The notes beneath the pieces were generated by a model. It ran no database searches. It saw only the letters and a list, made by a program, of their open reading frames with translations, and was not told where the DNA came from. DNA of 64,000 bases. It comes from Octopus vulgaris (Eukaryota). The position numbers and the translations under genes are program-made. Below are positions 13,053 through 26,575 of the stretch, in pieces (position 1 is the stretch's first letter; each line of letters opens with the position of its first letter). The stretch is from NCBI GenBank assembly GCA_951406725.2, contig OX597821.1:85498001-85562000 (forward strand). Reading direction: 5' to 3'.

Positions 13053-14310
13053 TATCTAAAATAAATTTTGATAAACATTTCGTACTTAATAAACAGTTTA
13101 GATCTGAACTTAGGAGTGGTCAGCTACCTCTGAAGTGAAAAGAACTGTGTAAGTTTATAGTGACTCTTGAGTGTGTTTTCATCTCCTGCATAACAGCAAG
13201 GGCAAACAAAAGGAAAATATAAATCAGTAGAATCAACATACAAACATGTCACAGTTCTGCTACTACACTAAAGGGCTCAAATTTCATCCCACCTATAACT
13301 TGGGCCATCATCCTTGTATGGGTCTGATTCAAGTAAATTTTCTGAGAACATTATACAGGAGGTCGTGATGTTGTTCCCTGCATTCCTTATAGTGTTGTCT
13401 TGCTATGAAGATCATGTCTACTGTATCTCGGTCCCAGTGAAAATCTCTCTGTGATTCTGTTGGAATGTTCTCTGATACTGATTTGGAGCAGTCTTTTAAA
13501 TTTAATCTTGTTTAGGACCTTCTCAGCAATGTGGAATCACAAATCTTGGACCTCTAAAATATTTGGCAATGGAAAGAGGAACAGGTTTGAATGCATTGGA
13601 ATTTTGTACATCATCAGTATAGGCCAATGATGATAAGCAGCTAGGGGCCACACTGTTTACCTTAGCTGGAGAAGGCTCTTGAAAATGTAGCATAAAGATT
13701 GTTCATTGAGCTCAGTTCCTGGTGGTTGTGCACACATATGTCTAGTATCCTGCAAAAATTGCTTTTTGTACAAATATTTTGATTTAGCAATAAAAATATA
13801 AGGAGAAAAGGATCAGTGCTCACAACTGAAACAATTTCTCCTCACACATAGAGAGTCACTGTCAAGCAAACATCTGGTGAAAAAAACATGAATGTTTGCA
13901 ACAGAGTGAAATCTACTAATGGTATCCAATACTTACATGTGGTGATGATATACTCAATGAAGTGCTAGGTCTAACAACCAGTGTTAGGCTGACATATCTA
14001 ATGACAAATTAGATTAAAAGTATTCATATAAATTGGGGTCATTGTTTCAGCTTGTCTGTGAGCACTAGCTGTGTAGCAAAAGATAGTTCCCACCTACTGG
14101 TACTTTCACTTTCCTTATCATCAGACAACACCATCATCTTAAGTAACAAGTCACAAGTAAACATAGATGGAGTGGGATAACCAGCTCCCCCATGAAATGA
14201 AAAACAAAAAAAATGGAAACAATTGTCAACTGATATGACAGCAATCTGATCATAGTACCTAGTTCATAAAACCCTTTGTTATGATATTACTGTTGAAATA
14301 CATGCTTACC

Positions 14311-14704
14311 TTTTACTTGTTTCAGTCATTTGACTGCGGCCATGCAGGAGCACCGCCTTCAGTCGGCAAATTGACCCCAGGACTTATTCTTTTTAAGCCT
14401 AGAACTTATTCTATCAGTCTCTTTTGCCGAACTGCTAAGTTATGGGGACATAAACACACCAGTATCAGTTGTCAAGTGACGTTGGGGGGACAAACACACA
14501 CATATATATATATATATATATACATATATATACACATATATACAACGGGCTTCTTTCAGTTTCCATCTATCAAATCCACTCACAAGGCTTTGGTCAGCCT
14601 GAGGCTATAGTAGAAGACACATGGCTAAGGTGCCATGCAGTGGGACTGAACCTGGAACCATGTGGTTGGTAAGCAAGCTACTTACCACACACCCACTCCC
14701 GTGC
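14311..14704 (-). mobile_element. tRNA-derived SINE family A, near full length
   Basis: Reverse complement of 27552-27983, with A/B boxes, an internal (TA) tract and a GAAACAAGTAAAA tail. Confidence 0.9.
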
Positions 14705-16123
14705 TTACGTTTCATTTAATTTTGAAAATAATGAAGAATTCAGTAAAATGACACATTATTAAGCTGGTATAGGGAACATGAATCGACATGAAACTCCGAT
14801 AGGTTTTAATTCAGATCACTTTAAAAGCAGGAAGCTTGTACTTTGGAATCAAGGTTTCTCGAGAAGGGGGTGGGGGCTTGGTATTATAAAAGGTTGATAA
14901 AAAAAAAATCTCCAAAAAAAGGACTACCTCAGAAGTAGAGACATTGATTAGAGCGTTACTGAATACAGACATGATTATTTGGCTTGCTTAGATAGATAAA
15001 CCATTGATATGGTTGATCAATAGCCCTTTTCAAACTGAAGGCCTTACAAGACTGAATCTTAGACTTACATTACCTGTTAGACCTGGCTACTAACATTAGT
15101 CTGATTAACATTTTGATAATTATTTAGGATAGCATTTTTGCAAAGTATTTTGATTAGAGAGAAAGAGAGGGTGGGGAGGGAGTTTTTGTGCATAGGGCAT
15201 ATGAAGATAATTTAAAAAGAAAGGGAGCCTAAAAAAATATGCTTTATTAAAATATTTCTTTTTTATTATTGAGTTTTACCAATGCATGCTGTTAGTAGGA
15301 TGTGATTTGAGGGAGATTTGGCTGTTATTTGTAGCAGGTCAGACAATCACATAGCAGCTCTCCACATATAGTGGCGTATAGTATTGCGTGTTGGTATGTG
15401 TGTGTGACTCTTGAAGTCAGTTTATGAAATATTTCATTAGCTAGAGAGAGAAAGAGAGAGAGAATAAATTGCTCTACTCTTTTCTTTATAGAATTATAAT
15501 AACACCTCTATACTTATCTACTGAAGCTTTCAATTAACCAACAAGACATTCTTTTAAAAGGAGAAGAAAAAAAATGACTGCATTCAATCTCATAATTCAA
15601 TGAATAAGTATATATGAACAACCTTAATAATACTGTTCTTGACATTTATAACAATATTCTTCTCTAGATCTAATATCAATAGCTTTCACAAGCGTAATTT
15701 TGAATAATAAATAAAAATCGTTTTTTATGAACTATCATAAAAACTCAGCAATTTTTAATATTTGCTTTCACAATATATTGTCCTTTTTTTCTGCCAAATA
15801 AGAGGAATTTAATGAAAATTTACAATAATTTCTGTAATGTTTGTAACAGCTATCACCAGGATGCTCTGATAGAAGTGACTTATATGATAATGCAACAACA
15901 CAAATGAACCAGAGGAATCAAAAAGTAGCAAATACCAGCTGTGTCAGTTATGTCTGTCCAAGTATACTTATGAAGATGATTATTATTACTTTTGACAGAA
16001 TCAATCAACCAGTTGATAAAGTCCCAGTACATCACAGCTGGCTAAGCTGTCATGGTATACGTAGTTGATTATTGTACGTCCCATAACTAGCATCCTCATG
16101 GTCAAAAAATCATATAAGTATTC

Positions 16124-16305
16124 ATCATCATCATTTACCGTCCGTTTTCCATGCTAGCATGGGTTGGATGGTTCAACTGGGGTCTGTGAAGCCGGAAGGC
16201 TTCATCAGGCCCAGTCAGATCTCGCAGTGTTTCTATGGCTGGATGCCCTTCCTAACGCCAACCACTCCGTGAGTGTAGTGGGTGCTTTTTACGTGCCACC
16301 CGCAC
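16124..16305 (-). mobile_element. SINE family C 3' module, (GAT)n tail
   Basis: catcatcat...ccatgctagcatgggttgga...ggatgcccttcctaacgccaaccactcc; multi-copy in this window. Confidence 0.85.
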
Positions 16306-17209
16306 AGTTATATGAATTAGTTATATGAATTAAGCACATCTCACTGATTATAAAAAGCAAGAGCAATGTATGATTAACAAACATTTCATTAACTAATGTG
16401 CTAATTACAAGACAACAGGGTACTATTTCAGTATTCTGCATCAGGCAGGAGTCTAATTGTGTCTCTCAGCCTTGTTTTTGTATCTGAAACCTCCTTCTAA
16501 TTAGACCTGTAACAACTTATAATTAAAAAAAAAAAGAAGCAAAATCATTTATGTTGTAACTTGAATACATGATTACAAATATTTAAACTAAATATTTGGA
16601 GCCAACAAGAGATACTCTACGTAGTTACACTACCTGCTAGAAATGACAACTAAATTACACTCTGTTGTCTTTAAAAAGGAAAGGACATATAGGATAATAT
16701 AGTCCCAGATACATTTAAGAATGATAGGAGAGTCACGACTGGAATATTTTGCATCACAGGCCGGCTCAATAAGAGCTGATCTGGATCATCACCAGTTGCA
16801 AAATAAAAATTCAGTATGAAAACCAAAACCAAATCATTTGTACTTCATTATTAAATCTTTTATCAGCTGTATTTCTTCAACAGTCTCTACAACTAACACT
16901 ATTCAATTCATTCAGCTTATTCAGATTGATCGTATAACTCGGTGCCCAGAGACAAAGCCTTTCTTACAAGGAAGAAAAAATTACTAGTCCTCATTCAAAC
17001 GAATTAAAATATCACAACACATTTCTGCTTGGTGTAATCCCAACACCTCAAACATTACAGGTTGCTTGCCTCCAAATAACTCACTTCACTTAAAACATAC
17101 ACAACAGCTGCACATGGACTATGTAAAATTCAACAACTGAAAGTTGCCATTAATGCCACCCAATTGCCTTGTGTTTCTATCACAATATACTGTTAATGGT
17201 TCAGTAAAC

Positions 17210-17410
17210 ATCATTATCATCAGCATTTAATGTTTGTTTTCCAGACAGGCATGGGTTGGATGGTTCAACAGGAGACAAGTCAGGGGGCTGCACCAAGCTT
17301 CGGTATCTGCTTTGGCTTGATTTCTCTGACTGGATGCTCTTCTTAATGCAAACTGCTCTAAATAGCATACTGAGTGCTTTCTATGTGGCACTGGCACGAG
17401 TGAAGTTGCC
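17210..17410 (-). mobile_element. Degenerate SINE family C
   Basis: Colinear with 16124-16305. Confidence 0.7.
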
Positions 17411-17643
17411 AAATCACAAGTTATAAATAAAATCTGCCTGGATTAATAGAAAAATGTAAAAACTGAAACACAAGTTTTTCTTTTATTTCTTTAACCATTC
17501 AGTCAAAGAGGTAGAAGTAGTGCCTATGACCTTTTTTCTTTTTAATTTAAGGCTAGATGGGATGTTAAACTAGGCAATGAAATAAGCCTACTACATAGGA
17601 ACTCGACCACAAGGTATTTTATTCAATGCTCTAACAGTTCTGT

Positions 17644-18012
17644 CAGGAGTGGCAATGTGGTAAGAAGCTTGCTTCACAACCACATGGTTCTGGGTTCAGT
17701 CCCACTGCGTGGCATGTTGGGCAAGTGTCTTCTACTATAGCCTCAGGCCGACCAAAGCCTTGTGAGTGGATTTGGTAAATGAAAACTGAAAGAAGCCTGT
17801 TGAGTGTCTGTGTTTGTGCCCCCACTATCATTTGACAACTGGTGTAGGTGTGTTTACATTCCTGTAACTTAGTAGTTCATCAAAAAAGACCAAGAATAAG
17901 TACCAGACTTAGAAAAGAAAACAAAATACCAGGGTCAATTCATTCGACTAAAAATTCTTCAAGGCAGTGCCCCAGCATGGTCACAGTCTAATGATTGAAA
18001 CAAGTAAAAGAT
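17644..18012 (+). mobile_element. tRNA-derived SINE family A
   Basis: GGAGTGGCAATGTGG A box, GGTTCAGTCCC B box, tail gaaacaagtaaaaga. Confidence 0.85.
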
Positions 18013-18543
18013 AACCATCTATCTTTCACTGGATTATTCTAGTGGCTCCAAAAGGATGAAAGGCAAAGCTGATTTTAACAGGATTTGAACTCAGAGTGTA
18101 AAGAGCCAGAACAAATACCACCAAGTGTTTTGTGTAACCCTCATGGCTCAACTAATTCATTCCCTAAAATACTTCATTTAAATAGTTTCTCTGTTACCTA
18201 CAACAGGAAAATGGACTCTTTTTTTTTTCTTGTAGTACCTCTCTTTTCAACTAAAGCTTTGTCTTCTGAACTCATTTGACTAGTTAACCTGCTTTCACTT
18301 CCAATATTATCCTCACTGACTTAATCATTACTGGTCCCAATTCCTCATTTCAAATTCATAAGCACTTATGATGATATATAGCATTCCAGTCACCCTGTCA
18401 CATATTTATAACAGTGAAACTTGTTCTCAGTTGTGAAGAGTCTCCAATGAAATATTTACTGAACTACATTCACCTTCAGAACATCTAAGACAATGTGAAA
18501 CAAATGTTAGCCAGCAACTGACATCACTTGGGAATCAGTTGTA

Positions 18544-18744
18544 TTAACCCTTTTGTTACCATATTTCTGAAGAGATACTCTGTGTTTCTTCCAATTAATT
18601 TTAAATACATTAAAGAATTTAGTAAAATAACTTAGTTATCATTAATCAAGTGTTAGGAACAAAAATTGTGACTAAGGCTTGGTGGAAGGTTAGGTAATTC
18701 AGAGCCAGAGGCAGTTTTAGGTAGGTTGGTATCAAAAGGGTTAA
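18544..18744. mobile_element. piggyBac-type MITE
   Basis: TTAA at both ends with TIRs CCCTTTTGTTACC / GGTATCAAAAGGG; colinear with 43744-43971. Confidence 0.85.
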
Positions 18745-18889
18745 GGCCAATGATGGCTGTTCAGTCTTGCTCTTCTACTTTTATACAAACTCCAATAGAA
18801 GCTTACAGAAAGCTCAACCGAGAAATCATTGTAAAAAATTTACAGAAGTTCCCAGTTAAGATAAGGATCATAATTCAGTAGCTTCATTG

Positions 18890-19460
18890 TTTAATACTGT
18901 TTTTTCCATGCTTGCATGAGTTGGATGGAATTTATTGAGGCAGATTCTCTGTGGCTGGATGCCCTTCCTGTTGTCAACTGTCACCTGTTTCCAAGTAAGG
19001 TAATATTTCCCCATAATCAGACATGTCTCAGAAGATTGGAAATGAAGGATACCACATACATGATGGTGACACTTGCTTACAACTATCAAGTGGCATCAAG
19101 AAAAGGAAACAGTAACACACACATGTAAAAAGTACCCAGCACACTGTTAAGTGGTTGGCATTAGGAAGGGTATTCATCCATAGAAACCATGCCACAACAG
19201 ACAGCTGGAGCCTGGACAGCTCTCTGCTAGTCAACTCCATGTCAAATCGTCTAACCCATGCCAGCATGGAAAGTGGATGTTAAACGATGATGATAATGAA
19301 GATATAGATATATAGATGATGGGCTTCTTTCAGGTTCTATCAACCAAATCCACTAACAAGGATTTGGTTGGCCCTGGGGCTATAGAAGGCACTGAGACTG
19401 AACCTGAAACCATGTGGTTGGAAAGCAAACTTCTTACCAGACAGCCACACCTGCACCTGT
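18890..19460 (-). mobile_element. Composite SINE with a nested opposite-strand family C copy (~19125-19300, +)
   Basis: Variant C tail at the left, family-A head at 19320-19460, and an internal plus-strand copy ending gttaaacgatgatgat. Confidence 0.7.
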
Positions 19461-20049
19461 AATTATATAATTATATTCTTTTTCAATAAACCCAGTATTT
19501 GTGTAGGCTCGAAAAAAGAAAAAGAAAAGAAAAATGTTAAGTGTGTTGAATGAACATTTTTCTTATTACCAGAAAGAGTTACTCAGGTGAAAACGTTGAA
19601 ATAAAAACACTGACCACATGGAGGTTAATACTGCAAATAATAGAGTCATAGTACAATTAATTAGTTATTATAATAACAATTACATTGCTATTCGAAAGTA
19701 AAGACTCACTGTAAAGCATTATAGTACACACACACACACACACTAACTCTGTTCTATAGTTGCTTCAGACAATAATTAAATGGATATAATTAAACAATAA
19801 TTAACTAATCAAATACATAGCAATAAAAAATATGTTGATAATTAGAGCAGCGAGGGCAAAATAAGGATGGAGTGAAAATAGAGATACAAAAGAGGAATTG
19901 TAGAAAATGGATGAAGAAATAAGAAAGAGAGAGAGAGAGAGAGGAGAGAATAATTACTAAAATCAGCAGTAATTTGTTCCATCACAAGTAGGTAACTAAA
20001 TTGTCTAGAAGGCATTGTCTATTGAATGTCGGTTAAATGATATATACAA

Positions 20050-20097
<48 letters not shown>

Positions 20098-20672
20098 CTG
20101 TATGTTTGTGCTTAGTTTACATACATCACATGTGTTTGTATAAAATTACACTCCGAAAGATAGAAATTAAACCAATAGACAAATTAATCAGTGAAACCTT
20201 TTCAAAATAAAGTTATGTGATGGTAGTAACAGAAGTTGGGAAAGTAACATCTACAGCACAGCTATAAGCAGCTGACTCAAATGGATAATTACATTTGAGT
20301 GTTGTCCAAGTAATAATTAAATTGAGATTCTTATTCAGTGTTATTAAATTGATCAACTTAACCGTAAGTGCTGCTTATGGGAGAATATTTGAAAAATCAA
20401 ACTATGAAAATCAATTAAAGTACCACAAGGAAATTATCTATAGAAATTGAATGAATTGGAATACAAACAACTGTAATTTCTAGAACAATAGCATGAATTA
20501 AAAATGAAAAAAAGTAAATGGAAGACTACAATACAACAGAAAATCTTTAAATAATAAGCTTGAAGTGTGTCAGCATCAAAACCTCCTTCTCACACAGAAC
20601 CACACCCATCCCCACACACCTGATCAAGATAGGTAATCACAGGTGCATGTATGAACAAAGCTATAAATACAC

Positions 20673-20906
20673 AAGGCGGCGAGCTGGCAGAACCATTAGC
20701 ACGCCGGGTGAAATGCGTAGCCGTATTTCGTCTGCCGTTACGTTCTGAGTTCAAATTCCGCCGAGGTCGACTTTGCCTTTCATCCTTTAGGGGTCGATTA
20801 AATTAAGTACCAGTTACGCAGTGGGGTCGATGTAATCGACTTAATCCGTTTGTCTGTCCTTGTTTGTCCCCTCTATGTTTAGCCCCTTGTGGGTAATAAA
20901 GAAACA
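20673..20906 (+). mobile_element. Young SINE family B with target-site duplication
   Basis: CpG-rich, with B box GAGTTCAAATT and core GTCGACTTTGCCTTTCATCC...AAGTACC. Perfect 11-bp TSD TATAAATACAC at 20662-20672 and 20907-20917. Confidence 0.9.
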
Positions 20907-21070
20907 TATAAATACACTTTTATTAGATGTCATAGAGGCAACCACTGTGCAGTTGCTTGATTTGCATGAAATAGCAACCAAATCTCTGAACATAATATTC
21001 AACTGCTTTAAACTCTCTCTCACCCTGCCCCAAAAACATTTACTTTGAGTATCACTGTGATGCATTTGTC

Positions 21071-21239
21071 TAGTCATGGGTCACATGTGGTCTGCAGGCT
21101 GCATGCAGTCCATGGGACTTTCTGAATGGCATGTCCAATGAAGTATGGTCTTCCACTATTTTTTTTTAATAGTGTAGCTGACCAGATGATGAGCTATGTC
21201 TCATGTGGCCTGTTTCTTGAAAAAGATTGCCCATGCCTG
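21071..21239. mobile_element. Old hAT-type MITE
   Basis: Right TIR TTGCCCATGCCTG and degenerate left TIR TAGTCATGGGTCA; the 8-bp flanks CATTTGTC / CCTTTGAC match at 6 of 8 positions. Confidence 0.65.
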
Positions 21240-21334
21240 CCTTTGACTACAGATTTTATTCAGTATTGGCATGGGACCTAGCTAATCAACAGAAACAATA
21301 AACACTTTTAGAAAGAAAACTGTAATAATCTGCT

Positions 21335-21510
21335 CTATAGGCACAAGGCCTGAAATTTTGGGGAAGGAGTCTAGTCAATTACACCAACCCCAAAGCTCAA
21401 CAGCTTATTTCATTGACCCTGAAAGGCTGAAAAGTGAAGTCACACCATGGCAGCATTTGAACCCAGAATGTAAAGATAGATGAAATACTGCTAAGCATTT
21501 TGTCTGCAAG
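21335..21510 (-). mobile_element. Degenerate SINE family B
   Basis: Reverse complement of the family B core (cctgaaaggctgaaaagtgaagtc...atttgaacccagaatg). Confidence 0.65.
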
Positions 21511-21989
21511 CTCACCATCTTCAAAAATGTAATAATGAATGAAAATTAAATAGGAGAATGTTAATTGACGAAAATTAATAGTTTGCCATAATTTATTTAA
21601 ACTGTTATACTGATATTGCATAAAAGTACAATGCTAATTCCATTTAGTACAAACCCAGCCTGATAAAAAGACTTATGACCAAATGCATTCTACCATGTCC
21701 ATTCCATATTATTTTTTATCTAGACATAGAATCACAATATCCAAATGTCCTTTCTTTCCTGAGAGAGTGGCAATCAATGTGAGGGAGATTTTGGTTACTA
21801 TTTCTTGGTCTGTATAGAGTCATATAGAAGAGATGAGTGAGTGAGAACAAAGAAGCAAATACTTCTTGTGGAGTGGAGGGAGTGCACCCCCCATCCCCTC
21901 CACAAACATATATAAGGCAGAACACCACAACTGGACTTAGCAGTCTCTTCCCAGAAGAGTAGAGTTGATGCAATTGATCTTCGGCCTTA

Positions 21990-22375
21990 ACATCATCATT
22001 TCATGCTTGCATGGGGCAGACAATTTGTTGGGGCAGATTTTCAACAGCTGGATGCTAACCCTAATCTGTTTCCAAGCAAGGTAGTATTACCCCACCATGG
22101 CCAGACATATTTTCACAGAAGATTGGAAACAAGTGACACCTTTTGTCTGATGGTGAAGCTTGTCTATAAACACCATTTGATGTCAGGACAAGGATATAAA
22201 TGCATACACACAACAGATTACTTTCAGTCTCCACCTACCAAAACCACTCCTAAGGCTTTGGCTTGTCTGGGAGATGGGGTGGGCGAGTGTAGAAGACACT
22301 TGCTGTACAGTGAAACTAAACTTGAGTCTATATGGTTAAGAAGTAAGCCTCTCAACCTCTCAGTCCACACCTGCA
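21990..22375 (-). mobile_element. Composite SINE (variant C tail plus family-A head)
   Basis: Colinear with 18890-19460; accounts for spurious ORF 22003-22491. Confidence 0.7.
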
Positions 22376-22856
22376 CATTAAGAAGAAAACATGTGCAGAG
22401 AGAGAATTCTAGAAGTTCACTAACCAGGAGGAGAAAGAATTACATGGAGTTTTTAGTACAGAATTCAGGAGGCGAGACTCGGTTGAAGTAAGTATAGGTT
22501 ACACTGTTTTCTTCACTAATAATAAGATTTATTTTCATATGGAGTTGATATTTTCCCCCCTTATCCATGACCTAAGGGTCAACAACAGCAACAACTACAA
22601 CAGGATTTCATTCAATCAACTTTAATCCTCTCACCCCTATTTCATTTGCAGTCTAATGCTAAGAAGACTAACATAACCAGACTAAGCCGAAATATATCTT
22701 TATCCAAATAATACGAGACTTTTACAATCATCAATCATGACTGACTTGAAATGTAAATATATCATTTCAGAATCTAAAACAACATCTAGGATCAACATAT
22801 GAAATATTTCTCAGCTAAATTTAAATGTTAAATGCACAACTACTAAGTACTCTCTT

Positions 22857-22894
<38 letters not shown>

Positions 22895-24019
22895 GGAGGG
22901 AGAGAGAGAGAGAGAGAAAAAGAGAGATGTGTGTGTGTGTGTGTATATATATATAAATAAATGTGAGTGTATTATGTGCAAGAGTGTGCGCGTGTGTGTA
23001 TAAATTTAGATGTATCCAGATAAAACGCAAGGCAATAAATAATAAAACATTTTAAAATTGTTTGAACTGCAGTTTTATGAGTATTATAGCATTAGATTAG
23101 TTGGAAAATAGAAAAATGAATTTGTTTAAAGATTAAATCAACCATGAGATTTGTAGAATTTCCAGTAAAAAGAAAAAGAAAAAAGAATACAAAGAACTAC
23201 ACAATATTCAACTGAAAACACAGAGTGAAATATTTATCTTTAACAAATAATCTTCTGTACTAACAGAAAACCGAGAGTCAAGTTCAAAAGTAGATTTTTC
23301 ATTACAAATATTACAGACCAGGACAAATTAATAACCAAGATGAAAGCCATCAAACTTCTCATACATAACATACTTTTTTACTTCTTTATCCTGGGAATAT
23401 ATCAACTAGCTGCGATTCGGTTACTTTTTTCATTAAAAAAATTCTTATACATTTATTATTTTTTTTTTATTTAATGCTTCAATGATTGGGATTATTTATT
23501 TTTTTAAACAATTGTTTTTACAGATGGATGCTCTTCCTACTGCTATCTCTTCAACTGTAAAATAGAAGTAAAATTTGTTTCTGTTTCAATCGACCAAAAG
23601 TGGATTTAACAGATAGTAAGTTAGTTTTAACATATTTAATGCATAGTGTATTAAACACTAAGTAGAAATAAATATGTAAAAAGAAGAAAAAAAAAAGTGA
23701 GAAACATTTTCTGAGTAAACAAGAGACATAATTCTGAACATGTTTCAATCTTATTCAGATCTCAGCAGCAAAGTACAGCCTTCAGTCTACTAGTACAAAG
23801 AGGTGAAAACAGAAAGTACCATATTGACATCAGAAAACAGAATTATCCAAAAAATAATTGAGACATACCATTCACGTGAAAAACAAAAATTAAGTTGGTG
23901 GTAACGCATTTAAGATATGCAGTGTGGTAAAAAAAACTAGTTAATGAGTAATATTATATTTTCAGAATTATGGAAATGTACTTCCATAGCAAGTGACCTG
24001 ATCTGAGATCGTGTGCTGG

Positions 24020-24220
24020 AATGAAAACAATTGCAGCGTGGAAGGTGTTCACTGACAAAATTCCGTGCAGCACAGAATTTTGTCAGTGAACAGGTTGCAG
24101 TCTCAAAACAACGAAAATATTTTGGCAAATTAAATTTAAATGTTGAAGTGTATCTAACAGTTTTTGTGTGTTTCTTAAATGGCTAATAAACACCTTCCAT
24201 GCTGCAATCATATTTTCATT
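24020..24220. repeat. Fold-back (palindromic) element centred at 24069
   Basis: 23-bp arms TGTTCACTGACAAAATTC(C/T)GTGC around one base, plus an outer inverted pair ATTGCAGCGTGGAAGGTGTT (24030-24049) / AACACCTTCCATGCTGCAAT (24189-24208). Confidence 0.85.
24079..24129 (+). ncRNA. Minimal type I hammerhead ribozyme-like motif, G3:C8 variant
   Basis: TTTGTCA-GTGAACA-G-GTTG[CAGTCTCAAAA]CAAC-GAAA-ATAT-T-T-TGGCAAA: 7-bp stem I (one G:U), 4-bp stem II and a palindromic stem III loop. Confidence 0.65.
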
Positions 24221-24374
24221 TTTGCAGAAATAGGTTCCTTGCTTAAGGCCCAAGTATGACACTTGTAATGATTGAGTCAAATCTCTATTACCATAATCTT
24301 GATAACCTCATAAATATCTATAAAAAAAAAGTATAAAAACAAAACAGTTAATAAGGTTTTTTTTTAATATATCA

Positions 24375-24690
24375 AGGTGCAGGCATGGCTGTGTGGTTAA
24401 GAAGCTCGCTTTGCAACCACAGTTTTGGGTTGTCCCACTGTGTGGCACTTTGAGCAAGTGTTTTCTACTATAGCCCTGGGTTGAGCAATGCCTTGTGAGT
24501 GGCATTGGTAGATGGAAACTATATGGAAGCCCATTGTGCTTTTGTGCTTTAGTATTTGTCACCTCACCACTTGACAACTAGTGTTTGTTTGTTTGCATCT
24601 CCATAACTTAGCAGTTTAGCAAAAAAAAAAAAAAAATCAATACAGTAAGTAGCATGGTCTGATGATCAAAACAAAAAAAAGGTACTGGGA
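24375..24690 (+). mobile_element. Degenerate SINE family A
   Basis: ggtgcaggcatggctgtgtggttaag head, and a body colinear with other copies. Confidence 0.8.
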
Positions 24691-26009
24691 ATGAGTTCCC
24701 TTTCCTCTCTCAACAGCCAATTTGATCAGTTGCCGAAGAGGTGTCCAACCTGCTAAAAATGGCAACCAATTCGTCCTTAAGTTTAACATAACTGTCTTGA
24801 AAAGGGACACAATAAGCAATGTAGCCCTATATACACAATGCCTGCAGAGTGAACAGGAAGGCAATGGCTGAAATACTGTCATCATAGGTCTGCTAAGTGA
24901 AGGCGGACTGGGATCAAATTTGAGCATATTTGTACACTTGTTTTTAGGTAGAATAACACTACCAGGTATGAAGGAGACATCTGTGGAATTGACACTAGAA
25001 AGACACTTGCCCCCACCACCACCAACACAAATGGAAATACAAGCATAAAAATCTGAAAACCTGACCAAGATGAGCACAGGATTTCAACGTTTAACAATTA
25101 ACCTTAATTCACTGCCTGTTAACATTTTGCAAAATAAAAAGGAAAAGAGGAAAACAACTTGAGATTTTCGTGTAATCTTGATAATCTCAATCAATCTTTG
25201 TTGTTTAGGCCAGATACCTCAGTTGCCACACAGATTTAGTGAACATGCAGGTTCCCAACAAAAACAGTAGCTATCAATTTGAATGACCGTAAATACTTCA
25301 TCAGAATTAATTGCCAGCAATAAAGTAAATCACAATAATGATCATTACTTGGGAACAAGTCCAAATTGTATTAAATGTGGTGATTAGGCCAATGCTTTAA
25401 CCTTAAAACAATTAGACTTCTAGTTACGTTTAATTGGAATATAACTAATTTTTAGAATTATTTCTCTATTATACCTCCAGTTGTACTTGGCTAGAATAAA
25501 AGTTGTTTTTTTTTTAATTACTTATGACAACTTTTTGAAATAAACTGGGAATCTCTATGTAGCTGAACTATTAAACATAGCAACCAAATTTGTCAAAATC
25601 CACACTCCAATATCTAAAAAAAAAAACAAAAAAAAAAACAACCTCAAATACAAGTGAGTGTGAATCTTAAATACACTATGCTAAAATACAAGAGGGGATG
25701 GTCATGGTTTTGATCATAGGTTTGTTCAATCAGGGCTGGGATGAAATGAAAACAATAAGAATTTACTATTCTTCTATTTTCTATATTTTGCCAGTAACCT
25801 ATCCAAATTCCATACTTTTTCCCCCACGTAAAGCAGCAGTCTAATGCCCTAACACAGCTATGAGCAAACTGCAGCTTGCAGGACTTTCTGCATAGCATAC
25901 CTAATGAAAAACAACTTTCAATAGATACAAAATAAGTACATTTTTTTCTAGTTTTCTTTTGAGACTTGGACACATGACAATGGGAAGAAACGTTGGGGTT
26001 ATTGTATGT

Positions 26010-26233
26010 TTAACTCCTTAGCATTCAGATTACTTTGTCAAATGTAATGCTTATTTATTCACATCGTTTTGAATCAATCATGCATTATCTCATAGCTTCA
26101 AGATTTTGCCAATGTGACTATTTTTAAAAATGACATCATAGAGTAGGTGAGAGAGGCTGGTTCTAGTCAGTTTGAACATAAGACAGGTAGACTACTTGGC
26201 TGGATATGGTCAGTTTAAATGCTAAAGAGTTAA
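26010..26233. mobile_element. TTAA-flanked (piggyBac-type) MITE, second family
   Basis: TTAA-CTCCTTAGCATT ... AATGCTAAAGAG-TTAA. Confidence 0.8.
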
Positions 26234-26329
26234 ATGATATTCAGATCCAAGAATATTCCATTTCTATTATTGGAAAGGGCAGCACAGGTTCTTCACAATT
26301 CAAAGAGGTAACATAAGTATGCTTCAATT

Positions 26330-26575
26330 CTTTTATTTGTTTCAGTTATTTGACTGTGGCCATGCTGGAGCACTGCCTTAAGTTGAGCAAATTGACCCCA
26401 GGACTTATTCTTTGTAAGCCCAGTACTTATTCTATCAATCTCTCTTCCGAACTGCTATGTGACAGGGACGTAAACATACCAGCATCGGTTGTCAAGCGAT
26501 GTTGGGGGAACAAACACAGACACACAGACATATACATACATACACATACACACAGGTATATATATATATATATAT
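26330..26575 (-). mobile_element. SINE family A, 3' half
   Basis: tttgactgtggccatgctggagcactgcc... matches other copies. Confidence 0.85.

Noticed and set aside
22003-22491. 162-aa ORF
   Set aside because: Antisense read-through of a composite SINE.
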